Shown here piece after piece: positions 49,797 through 61,972 of a stretch of 64,000 nt of DNA. Every line of letters begins with the position of its first letter. Within the stretch, counting starts at the first letter, position 1. Location: assembly GCA_043228905.1 (NCBI GenBank), contig JBHGNT010000017.1, positions 4,588,001 through 4,652,000 on the forward strand, given 5' to 3'. The translations under genes were made by a program, and so were the position numbers. The stretch is from Azolla caroliniana (lineage: Eukaryota; Plantae; Polypodiophyta). A model generated the notes under the pieces. It saw only the letters and a list, made by a program, of their open reading frames with translations. It ran no database searches and was not told where the DNA came from.

Positions 49797-52700
49797 CTAA
49801 TTTTCATCTTCTGATGAATGAAGTTGAAATTCCTCTAGCAGCAATGTTAGAAGAGCTTCACACATCTGTGAAGCATCTGATTCATGAGCCCCTTTTTTAG
49901 ACTGAGAATAAACCATCCAAGCATGATCGAACTTCCTATCAGGCCTCACTACTACAGACCCAGGAATCTCTGCATCCTTTCTTACAACTAGTCCATCACT
50001 TTTCTCACCATACCGCAGATCTAAATGCAATGCACATATTGCCATTGCAGCTGCCAACGGTATGATTACTGGAAGCTTTGTAGCTGACATAGGTTCTTGA
50101 AAATCTGCTCCATATATGGCTGATAATGGTATCCATGGGAGCTCAGCATGTGCTATGTGTGACATGGTGTATATCACACCTGGAGCAATGCTCACCTCTG
50201 TATGAAAGGAAACTGTAGGGAAGTCGATTGGTAGAGGATACCTTGCTAAGAACTCCCGCCTCTTATCATACGTTAAGTCTTCTAGCGATCTTATGTCCCC
50301 CTGAAAAATTAGAGGCAAAAGAGATATGAATGTGATGTGTTTACATTACATAATGATGTAGTATTCAATCAAAGTCCATCTTAATCAATTTTCTTTCTTT
50401 AAGCAGTCACTTCAATTTTCATTGAGGGCTTTAAGGCACCGTATTGTCCACATGGCATTTTATACATGTTCTTTTGTGAGTTTTTAACTCATATTGAGGC
50501 TTCCAACAACGAGTTACACCAATTACTACAAAAAACCACCTTATATAGAATTGGTCGCATCTACCCACAAAATTGTTTTCCAGAATAGTAAAAGAAAAAA
50601 CAGGGCTATAAGCATCACTAACGGATTTTATTGTGGTCACAATGAGAACATAGGAGGAATGTGCTATTTGGAAAGCATTTTATCTACATGATGACACTCC
50701 TCATACATCTTTTACATAAGTGTCATCTGTGGAACCTTCCCAACTAACTGGATTAAGAGTACAGTTGCATTAAAGATTTCATTCAATGTTCCATGACATC
50801 TTATCTAATGTTTCAATTAAAATGTACAAGCACACAAATATCTTAATCAAAGCTGAGAAGCATGTAAAACCGATATCTTAATCACCTTGATTATTTTGCA
50901 AATTATGACCTCCATGACACGCCTTGTTTCGACATCTGCGATCTGACCTTCACGAAATATATCTGATGCGATGGGGCTGCCTGCATATGGAGACTGAACT
51001 ACGACTAAACCGGCAACTTTCTCCTTCAAATCAGACCAATACTTCGCAATTGCTGCTGCTGCATCTACTCCACCTTTGCTGTGTCCCAGTAGCATAACAC
51101 GTTTTCCACAACCCCAATATAATTCCTCAATATAATTTTTAATTTCAAGAGCATTAGTCTCAACAGATGCCTGTCCATGTGATAAAAAGAGATGTAATAT
51201 TCACCACATCTGGAGGATTGAAGAGAGAAATCGTGTTAATAGGATACATACCTCACTGTGTATTTTTGCAATGTGACAAGTGACACCCAATTTTGAGAAG
51301 TATTTCTTTGTGTCAACAAAATAAAGCGGACCATGGTTGCTAAACAAACCTGTTCCCAGATTATGCAGGTTCATCTTTAAGAATTCTCACAATCACTTTT
51401 TCCATGACTTAAAGTGAAATAACTGACTTCCACTTTTGTTTTATAGCAGTGCATACCTGGAACAAGGAGGTAAACATAACTGTTTGGCAGCTTGTGTATA
51501 CCATTACTGTTTCAATCATAAAAAATTCGGAACAAATCAATTGACTTATCCGAGGCAATGCAAAATGTGATGTGTCACATGTGCAAATACATACCTGACT
51601 AAACCAAGCAGCTGCACAAACCTATCAGTCCTATCCTTTACTGGTGGCAACTCAGGAATTCGTGCTAACCATCCAATGTCATCAACAGAACCTCGTAGAG
51701 TTGACTTAATGCGATCAACAAGCCTAATACATGAATGATATAGTTTTATAAAGCATTTATCTGAGAAAATTTCAAAGACAGTAGCAGAATATGCAAATAA
51801 TTGAAATAGATGTATTGTTTACATGACACCATGTTAGAAAAACTCAGCATTGGAACCATGAAATTTTTTATATCATACTCTAGCTTCTTATATAAAGCCA
51901 GGGAGTTGTATGTTTCCTGCATATTTCTGTCATTTTGTGATTCCATAACCTAAAAATTTGACTAGGTACTTTACAACACGTACATATGCTATGTAGTTCC
52001 ACTATATGTGACTAAAAGCTTCCCCTCCATATCTAGCTGACTAGAACTATCACAAATCCTTATCCAAATTGCAACTATAGCAAGTATTTTTATTATAGCT
52101 ACACCTGATCACAAGGTGGTCGGTCATCTTCAAATTGTTAACTAACATCATGAACTCCTCAAATATCACAAGACCTTCTGTCAGCCCAATATATGCCCTT
52201 CATTTTACCAACTATTCTGAAAACCCTGACATTTTGACTTCAATCAGATAACATGCAAACACATGCAGAGAACTTCATAAACATCCAATACTATGTAAAA
52301 AGTGTTTATACCTTCGTATTTGACAGCTTCTTTCTGAGACACAATTTTGGAAGGATCTAAAAAATGAGAAGGAAAGTCGCCGAGCAAATAGAAATGGCGA
52401 AAACAACCTGCACCAATTTACTCTCGTCATGCGATAATCTTTGAATAAGAAATGAGGCAAAAGAGAATCTTCCATCCATGACTACTAACTTGTGTATGAT
52501 CGACAATGGAATGTTTACAATAACATGACCACATTCTGTTACTACTGAACCCAACAAGTGAATCAGCTGGCACAAATTTGCCCTGAGTATAAGTGTTGAC
52601 AATGATGGATCAGGGACAGAGGTAATATCATTTGAAACTTGACTATACTCGTCAGGCATGCCCTGCAATTTTCTCCATTTAAGAATTTCATCATCTGCTG

Positions 52701-54725
52701 ATGTTTCTGATAGCCATGGTTTATTGACATTCTCTCCTGAGTTGAACCCCAATAAAAGGATGGTCAAAATCCAGAAAAGTTATTTTAGTTCATGTTAATG
52801 ATTTGATAGTACTATAAAATTATGGAGTTCCATTAGAATAAATTGGACTTATGGTCACATATATATGCTGTGTTATTTGATCCATTTGGCCTCCCATTGT
52901 GATGACACACTTCTACCTCACTTTTCTCATTATTTGAACTGACAATACCGTTTTGCTTTATTTCTTCTGCAAACATTTGGCAGAGAGCAGATTCTGAAAC
53001 ATATAGTGGGTTATAGCACAAATTTCATTTTTATTGTCTAAAACATGATAAACATTTTTTCCTTGAATAGGTCATTCCTGATTGAATCAGTTTTCCAAAA
53101 ATTAGAATTAATGAATCAGTTTCCCAAAAACTAGAATTAGCTCTTCCAGCATATTTAGTCAGGTGTTTCACTTTATTATAAATATAAACAGATGAGCCAT
53201 CATATAGCTGCGATTTGACTATACATACCTAATAATCTTGAAAAATTGTTAGAATGTTTCCATTGATCTGATGAAGTAACTTTTTTACAATCAGATAGTG
53301 ACCTAGAACCTTCTTCAAGTACGGAATTTGAATCAAATTCTGCAACCATCCACTGCAGGAAGACACATATTGTTAGCTACTATTTTATGGAACTATAACC
53401 AGAAGGAAATATGCTCCTAGGAATTCCTTCACATTACTTTTACACAGTAATAGGTTCCTCTAATGTTAAACTTTTTCCATTTACTACGGGAGAAAATTTA
53501 CAACTTGGAAGGGGATGGATTTAGTTGACGCTATACTTTTTTGAAAGGACTATTGCATCTAAATTATTAAACCACTCAATGCACAACTATCTGCAAACAT
53601 CCCAACAGGATCTCTATTGTACAATCCCACTGATAGGCTTTAGGGGGTTGAATTTGGTTGAAACTATACTTTTTCCAAAGTTCTCTCACATCTAAATTAT
53701 TTACCATTCAATGCACAAATATCTGCAAACAACCCACAGGATATCTACGTACAATTCCACTGATAGTGTTTTCTGTAATTCAACCTTTCTGATATCCATA
53801 CCAAGTTCTCATGCACCTCCATAAATTATCATTCCAATGTCTCCAAAATGATGGTCAATGGTAAAACTTGGACACCATATTCTACATGCAAGTCCTGCTT
53901 GGTGTATGAAGACATTCCTTCATATGACGTGTTCTTATGCAGACATGCATAGTCTACATGGATTCCATAATCTACATGCAAGTCTTACTGGGTGCATGAA
54001 GATATTCCCTTATATGACATGCTCTTATGCAGACATGCATACTTACTGTGCAAGTCCTACTGCTTGCATGAATATATTCCCTCATACGGCATGTTCTTAT
54101 GCAGGCATGCATACTTTACATGTAAGTCCTACTTGATGCATGAAGGCATTCCTTCATACGACATGTTCTTATGCAGGCATGCATACTCTACATGCAAGTC
54201 CTACTTGGCGCATGGAGATATTCCTTCATATGACATGTTCTTATGCTTGGCCCGGAAACACCCAGGTAAATCCTCTCCCTGGGTCAATAGTAACTATCAG
54301 ACAAGGATTGCACTTGCAAATCAAACTCCATTATTCCTGCCTCATACAATATTGCTAGTTTCAAATTTAAGACATGTCAAAAATAAGATCCAAACAGTTC
54401 ACAATCATCAACACAATAATTTTAACATGTCTAAGGTATCCGATATTGTGGAAAAATATAAAACACATCTATGTTATAATTGTTGGCAACTCAAATTTTT
54501 ATATGAAATAGTGGAAGAGACATGAGCAGCATAATATGTTGGCAGAATAGGTTAACAAATTTCTAAAGAAAGAAAAGACAACCAACAAACACTATCAACT
54601 AGAATTAAAGATCAGAAGTCCCAAGTTGAACAAAACATGCCATTTAACCATAAGTATCTTACCTTAAAATCAGGGGCCTTATTCTCCTCAAATAAATTGT
54701 GATATCTATTTTCCCATGCTGCCAT
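49797..54725 (-). CDS. Alpha/beta-hydrolase (lipase-like, GHSKG), resembles Arabidopsis At2g44970 family
   Basis: Confident exons: 49797-50300 (SDG, DHAW catalytic candidates), 50886-51170 (LLGHSKGGVDAAAA), 51252-51349 (GLFSNHGPLYF), 51457-51506 and 51595-51723 (RGSVDDIGW). Tentative N-terminal exons: 52312-52356, pieces within 52410-53000, 53229-53352 and 54663-54725 (ATG). A probable 5' UTR exon has its donor at ~56338. Confidence 0.85.
53510..53770. repeat. 2 x ~135 bp tandem duplication (intronic)
   Basis: GTTGA..CTATACTTTTT..CATCTAAATTATT..TCAATGCACAA.TATCTGCAAACA..ACAAT.CCACTGATAG occurs twice. Confidence 0.8.
53880..54250. repeat. 72-bp minisatellite, about 5 units (intronic)
   Basis: Unit CTACATGCAAGTCCTACTTGGTGCATGAAGATATTCCTTCATATGACATGTTCTTATGCAGGCATGCATACT. 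Period measured as 54117 to 54189. Confidence 0.9.
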
Positions 54726-56463
54726 AATAATCTTCTTCTTTATCAATAATGTGACCTAAGTTGGCACACGAAAAAGAATATATTACCCTTTCCATGAAAA
54801 CAATCATATCATTCATGGTTAAATCCATGATATGAAAGATGAACGATAGAGCTAGGGTATCTATCCTTGCCTGAGATGTGGAAAAAGGTACAACAACAGA
54901 CTTTATAATGCCAGCATATTCTTTGATGCTAGTCTAGCAAGAGCTGAACCAATATCAAGATAAGTTATTTGTTTGATTATGGATATTGAATGAAATCGTG
55001 AAAATAACAGCATCACACATCTCTTAGAATATACCTGTACCCAATATTGCTGTATCACTTGGTATAGTAAATGAGAACGCTTAGTGTTTATTTAACCCCA
55101 TGTAACATTTCCACATATACATGAAGTGGTTGGTTCTCTACTCTAATACAAGGTTTCTATGTGCTTGATGATTCTAAGGACTATTTACCTCAAATTTGTA
55201 AAACTACATAAAGCAAGAAACTTTCTATCAGGGGTTTCACAAGATTCTTACCTTCAAGTTGCTCATTGAAGGTAAGAATTAAACTTATCTGAAGCACGAT
55301 TCAAACAGCTTTTACCTTTAAATGGTCGTGATGTATACATTAAACTTATTTAATCCATATACATTAATAGTCGAGGATTCACAAGCTCGCCTTAAAGCGC
55401 TCATTGATGCATGCATTAAACTTATCTATCAATATTTGGAGTTTGAGATTTCTTTTGAAGAAAAGTCAGAGCTATGTACAAGATTCATGTGTATGTGTAT
55501 GGGGACTGGAGGGCATTGAGGAATAAGGCTGTTTATATAAAGTTGAGTGGACTTATCTCGCATTAAGTGGGCAAATTTACTGAGCCTATTTAAGCACGCA
55601 GGAGGGCATCTGATGCATGGTTCATTCTCCCAATAATATTTATGAGTTTGAACAATGACAGATGGTAGCGATAGGGGACGCTACCAAGGAAACTGAGAAA
55701 AATTCTCAGTCAGGTAGACCTGATGTGAAGTGATCTTTTTAATGCAAATGATTTGAAGTTTTAATAAGTCTATGATGTTATGGGAAACTTTGCAAAAATC
55801 AAATGTACCTAGAGGATTGTTGGCCTCAACCCAAACCCCAAGAGGCTTATAGTATGGAATGAATTGTACATTTCTGCTGTGGTTCTTGCAGTGCTTGTGT
55901 ATGCATATTTTTAAACATTATAGCACCTTGTGCACCTTACAAGGAGAACCGTGGATGATATCAATGATTAATATAAGAAGAAACCTCTTTTTACTCGGAA
56001 TTATGTAATATATAGAACCGAAAAGGAGACTATATCTACCTCGCTCTGTTCATGTCCGTATGAAATCAGAGTTCCAATTTGGTTTGACTCTAATACTGAA
56101 AGCCTTAATTGCGAAGGATTTATTGATTTCTTTCTTTTGTCAGTGATTAACCATTAAAGCACGATCTTTTCGATAAGTTTAAAGCTTACTTATCGAGGAG
56201 AAAGAGGGTAGGTGATGGTGGAGACTAACGAGAATTGGCGTATTTGCAGGGATGAGAACGGGAAGAAACAAAAGCAGAAAATAAAACAGGAGAATGGTTG
56301 AAAACTAAGTAATACACAAAAAGAAACGAATTCAGTACCTGTGAAACGGTGTTGATTGGAGCGATGGAGAGCTCGAGGAATCAGTATGTAGTGCAGGAAA
56401 GTTGGGAGCGTTCGATCCTTCTGCCTGCAAACTGCTGCATTTCTGCGGAGGAGACGCAGACAG

Positions 56464-56511
<48 letters not shown>

Positions 56512-56550
56512 GCGGGAAAAGTCGGCCACGAGAAAGAAATCTGAGAGATG

Positions 56551-56594
56551 ACGTGGCTCTCCCTATCCGATGACGTGGCACGCGACGACGTGGC
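56551..56594. promoter_or_regulatory. Triple ABRE / bZIP-site cluster upstream of the alpha/beta-hydrolase
   Basis: ACGTGGC at 56551-56557, 56573-56579 and 56588-56594, two of them as GATGACGTGGC. CCAAT at ~56608. The cluster is immediately upstream of a CT-rich minus-strand leader. Confidence 0.65.
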
Positions 56595-56742
56595 GCTGCG
56601 TCGCCAGCCAATCGGTTCTCCTTCTAATCATTCATTATATATGTATCCCATTAATTCTTAGGTTTTTCCTTTTATTTATAATAATAATTATATTATTAAT
56701 AATCATGATAATGATAATAACAATAATAACATTATTATTGTT

Positions 56743-56777
<35 letters not shown>

Positions 56778-56876
56778 TATTATTATCTGAATTCAAAGAT
56801 ATCTATGCATGCCCGCTTAGTCTCCATGATGACCAAAAGGTCGGTCTCGATGTCTCCTTTGGCCGAAACCCGAAGA

Positions 56877-56916
<40 letters not shown>

Positions 56917-57868
56917 GAGGCAAAAGCCGACGACCAATGTATCTCTATCTGTCACCTGCTCGCTCCCGAACCAAGGCTCGTTAGTGTTTACCCCCGCACG
57001 CACATCTACGAACTAGGAATTGGCTTAACCAGTTTGGTCTTGTCTTGACCAGACCTTATGGGTTTGGGAGTTTTCAAGCTTGAACCGAATCCATCCCTAA
57101 ACTTGTTCATGCTTAACTGGTTTGGCCGAACCGGTCTATGAACCAGTTTAGCCAAACAGTTTAAAGCCTTAACTATGCGCAAACACATGTACTAAGAGAA
57201 TCTCCATTTGCTCCAATAAATGAGTTTGCCCTTTTAGCACTCCATCTTTCAAAGGGTCAATTTAATTCCATGCCTATCATCGAATATGAAAGCATTGGGC
57301 ATGCCCTAATCATTTTACGACCTCCAATTTTCTCAAGAGAGAGGAAATTTACCTCTATCTATGAAGTTGAGACATCTATAATCAATTAAAAATACTCGCA
57401 TTGTTTCGACATTAGGTAACAATGCGGGAAAATCAACCAAATCTAACCAAAATCTTTTGAAGCAAATAGACATTATATGAAAAGTTTAGTATCGTCTTCA
57501 TATTGAGTTGTTGCTTGTCACCTGAAGAGAAACCCCAATCAGTAATATCCAAATAATGACATTTAATCGAAATGACCAAACTTCCTGAGAGTAGTGGTAC
57601 AAGTTATAATTTGTAGTGTGTGTGTGTGCGTGCGCGCGCTTATGTTCAAATCTTAAGACCTCATTTGAAGTGATGGATCATCAAACTATATATTGTACTT
57701 TAGTGCAATTAGTTAAATAATAGATAAGAGCGTGTTGTTGAGTCTGATTTCTCAAGTTCGCTTGCTCATTAATTAAGTGATTAAGTAATGTGTAGAATAT
57801 GTGAACAAACAAGTGGTGGGCACATGTGCAATAAAGCCATATCATATACATACGGAAGAAGATATTGT

Positions 57869-58112
57869 TGTTGCATTGAATGAAGAGAATAATGTGATAT
57901 TCTACCCACTCTCCTTTAGGAGAGATTGTACTTTGTGTGTTGCATTGAATGAAGAGAATAATGTGATATTCTACCCATTCTCCTTTAGGAGAGATTGTAC
58001 TTTATTCTACACAGTATCCTTTGTGACAAGGAGAGATTGTACTTTATTCTACACAATATCCTTTGTGACAAGGAGAGATTGTACTTTATTCTACACAATA
58101 TCCTTTGTGACA
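57869..58112. repeat. Nested tandem repeats (2 x ~69 bp and 3 x 42 bp)
   Basis: AGGAGAGATTGTACTTTATTCTACACA.TATCCTTTGTGACA at 57987, 58029 and 58071. TGTTGCATTGAATGAAGAGAATAATGTGATATTCTACCCA occurs twice. Confidence 0.92.
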
Positions 58113-58192
58113 ATACATAAAGTATGGTTCTTATTTAACATTATTTGTTAGGAGTTTTTGTTTTTGGTATCTCTCTCTCTCTCTCTCGTAAT

Positions 58193-58262
58193 TACATTAC
58201 CCTAGTGGTAAGTTGTTAACACTACGAGCACTGCATCTTGGGTTCGAAACCCAATTTCCTAA
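58193..58262 (+). mobile_element. tRNA-derived SINE-like head / pseudo-tRNA
   Basis: A-box-like TACCCTAGTGG (58198-58208) and a perfect T-arm TTGGG-TTCGAAA-CCCAA (58238-58254). Confidence 0.5.
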
Positions 58263-58307
58263 CCTCTCTATTATATACTTCATATACTTTTAATTCTCTA
58301 GATGCCA

Positions 58308-58382
58308 CTGTGGAACGTAGGGGTTGAACACATGACCACTTGGTCTCCATTGGGCAACCTTACCAACTGAGCTACATCCATG
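58308..58382 (-). pseudogene. tRNA-like pseudogene / SINE head
   Basis: Minus strand reads ATGGATGTAGCTCAGTTGGTAAGG..GGTCATGTGTTCAACCCCTACGTTCCAC, with a canonical A-box TAGCTCAGTTGG, a degenerate B-box and tRNA-like length. The anticodon and T stems do not pair well. Confidence 0.5.
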
Positions 58383-58559
58383 TGGGCTCTCTCTTTCTCT
58401 CTCACTTTTGTTGTGTGTGTGTGTGTCTTTCCGCTATGTAATAACCTCCTCATCGAGTTTGTTAACCACGTGAATTGTATTATTAGGGCTGGATTCAATT
58501 TGCAAATAAAACAAATGTTGTCCACAAATGTTGGGGATATAATTCCTATTGAGTGAATA

Positions 58560-60850
58560 AAAATCATCTAATGTCAAAGATTAGGCAAGCTACCAATTTG
58601 TGCCAAGGGGCTCATAATAACTGATGACAACTTTGCGGAAGGAATCTAGGTTATTTCATCCATGTGCTTTCTAACAAGCTACCTAACACTACCCAACCAT
58701 GGCTACAACCTCCTGATGTACTTCCAAATGATGGCTCAAATCTCTCATTCACCCCTAGATGATTGGTTAAACAACAAAATTGCAATCCACAAGGACACCC
58801 ATCCAACAATGCGAAGGGGATTGTAACATTCTATAATATCTATGTTAATGACACCACATCATCGAAGATGACCATCATACAAATAACCTATGCTTTAAGT
58901 TCATGAATATTTCTAAGAATTATGATTTACTCTCCAGACAACCTCTTCCTGATTCACTTCTTCGCTCATCTTTTCTTTTGGATGATATCACAACAAAAAA
59001 TTCTCAAAAGTACATCAACTCAATAGTGAATCATTAATGGTAACCATAATTGATGTTTACTAATTAATTATCACTAATCTTATCTAAGAGTTATTCAACG
59101 TTATATTTGCTTGTTAAGGTCATATTCAAGGTTGTTCCACTATCTACCTGGTGTAGGTGAGATGGATGGAAGTGCTTGTCAAGCTTCTCCAAGCTTCGAG
59201 CAACTAATATGTTGATGCTAACCAAATCAATGTTATAGTTGCAAACAAAGCTAAGACATTAAGAACTTCATACTTAGTCACATTTTAATGACTTAAACAA
59301 TGTGCTAATCTCACAAAAGGAATGCGAGAAACCAATTTTGCTTAATTGAGTTACCTTTATAAAAGAGTGAACAAGAGAGAGAACTCAAAGAATGAATTAA
59401 GCCTTAAATGTGTACAAGAAAAGGAGCTTAAGAAGAGTTATATGGGTAACATTTATACTTCTCTTACAAAGTTTTTTCTTGTACCAATCAAGCATTTCTA
59501 GTTTTTAGTGCCACTATCTACTAATCAATATATGGAGATTAACATATTTCCAACTTGAGGACATTGTGTGAGGTTAATGCATTGGGTAATTGATAATGTG
59601 AAACATTGGATGATAGATATGAAATCTTTACATCGAACTATATGATGCTCCCAAAAGATGATCTCCATAGTGTTAAGTAGATGGGACATGGTGCTTTGGT
59701 TGTGAAGATATGGGCACCAACAAGGAACACCAAGCAACCAATCTATGAAAAAGGGGATAGAACAAACCGTGTAGGACAAAATGCAATCCAATGGGCAACC
59801 TAGTGTGAAACAAACACATTTAGTTTGCAAAAGGTATAAAAACCACTTTGTAGTCACGACTTTTATAGTTCATCTAAAATCTTAAGAGTGTTTGCTAGTG
59901 ATTAATATGCTAAGTGTCGGGTTCTATCTTCCTAATTTTAATTAAGAGCTAAGAGAGATTAGTGATATAGGCTCGTAAACCAAACTCTAATATCTCTCTC
60001 TCTCTCTCTCTTTGGTGCTCAACCTCTATGTATTAAGTAGTGGTAATAAAACGACATTGCCTTTACTTTAACTTCTTTGTTGAAGTGTCTGAGAGAGGGC
60101 AAGAGAGATTAACAGTAATCGTGTGAAGCTAAGCAAGCTAGTTGCTTGGTGGTATTTAACAACTACCTCTATCTAGTTTGCCACCAAAAGGGTATACATA
60201 AGTTAAAATCCTAGGCCAACGACATCGATGGGAGGTAAAACTCCATCAATTCATATAAGTGTTCTCGTGCGAGACATGGAAACGACACACATAACAATGC
60301 ACAACTTGCAATTTGTGTATGCTTAAATTAGGAAAGACTCTTTGTTCATCATTTTCTATTTCAAGATTATGGCTATGAGTGATTTTGTTTTCTCAAATTG
60401 AGCATCATGGGCATCACAAACGTGAAGTTTGTATGCCCCTACATACACTTCCAATGTCCCTACGTGTTTACTTTATACAATTGCACTTGGTGTTCTTGTT
60501 CCATTTGGAAATGTGTTCATCAACAAGGCACGATTCATTGTCCATCATGGACACATAATCAGTGGTTGGATCAAGTAGCATGTTCATGTTTTGCCTCTTA
60601 AACCATTTGAGTGTGTCATGTGTCCAATTAAAGAAGATATTTACAATTTGTGTGACTTTTGTATTTTGTTGAGAACCTAGATTGATAGACAATGTCCTTT
60701 CATGTCCTTTGGATCATCATGTTCCAATGGTTCATCATACACACTAGTTCAATGGTTCACACCATGTTTCAAGGAGCATTTGTAGGTATGGAGTGGTAGC
60801 CTTAGATGCGAGATGACATCATAGAACTATCTTTTGCATTTTCTCAACAT
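58560..60850. mobile_element. Decayed retroelement-like sequence (mixed fragments)
   Basis: No intact ORF. There is only a faint zinc-knuckle-like trace (CFGCEDMG, ~59693) and LINE-like traces. I cannot assign a family by eye. Confidence 0.25.
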
Positions 60851-61972
60851 TGTTCCCCTTCAAACCTCAATAACCCCGTATAACATTAAGTTTTGGATTA
60901 CATACATAATGTAGGATCCAAAGGGTTTTGAGATTGAAATTAGAATTGTGGAACTAGGCTAACCGATTTTTTATCAAAATTGTATGCATGTAGCACAATT
61001 ATGATTTGTTGGGACAACAATTCACATGTATTTGTAACAACTCACCGTTTTGTAAGAAAGGCATACATACACACATACCGTTGCATGATTTAGTTCTCAC
61101 TACATTTAGGGATAAATTTCCCTCATTACTAAATGTTCATGTGAATATAATCTACATAGAAGTAAGTAATATAACTTTCAAATGTTGAACTAAGTTTTAT
61201 TGGGAGTGTTAGTTAAGTTCTTGCTTTTGCACACGCCGAATGGAGTTGGAGAGAGAGGACATGCATTTATGTCTAGATTGTTTCCAAAGTAATTTGAGAC
61301 CCTATTGCATTTATAACATGCATCACACTCTTTCATATAGATTTGCAATGGTAATGTGATGAGTATGCCAATTTTTTTCACATTCTCTATATCTCTAACA
61401 CTTCAAGTTTGATACAAGTGGGCAAACTTTGCCAACTTTGCAAAAATTTACAAAGTTTGCCAATATTTCACCTTATTGAATGTGCATGTTGATTATGTGT
61501 GTTTCTTTATGTATATGCCCTCACATATACATGCTTCACATTCACGAATATTATATATGCTTCATCAACCAATAAGTCACACCAATGTGTAGGTCTATAG
61601 ATTGCATGTGGTTCACCAATAGGCAGGGCCAAAATAATGGTGGGATCTACAAAAAGAAGCCAATAGGTCATAATAGGTAGGTAATGGGGTCACCAACATG
61701 TGTATATTAATACCCCATATATGGAGCTTAAAACGAAACAAAAATTCCACTCTTACCTTTGAAAAAGTGCAAAGATCTCAATGCCAAATATAATTTTAAA
61801 AGCCATATAAGTGAAGGTTCTTTTCATCACAACAATGTAAATGTATATATTCTATGTATATTTAAGGACATTTGAGTAGAGAATGAACCCACGCACCAAG
61901 TGCTTTGGGGCTTAAAACAATAACAATAAAAATAAAAAAATTACAAGCCATGAAAATCTTCATCACATAAGG

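Noticed and set aside
53880-54250. 72-bp repeat read on the minus strand as a 24-aa LRR (LHKNMSYEGMPSCI)
   Set aside because: Most units have a stop at the same position, and the Pro/Leu consensus positions are not conserved.
57869-58112. Regularly spaced 42-bp repeats resembling a CRISPR array
   Set aside because: The units are contiguous with no unique spacers, there are no cas genes, and the context is eukaryotic.
58308-58382. Functional tRNA gene
   Set aside because: The anticodon and T stems do not pair, so it is kept only as a pseudo-tRNA/SINE head.
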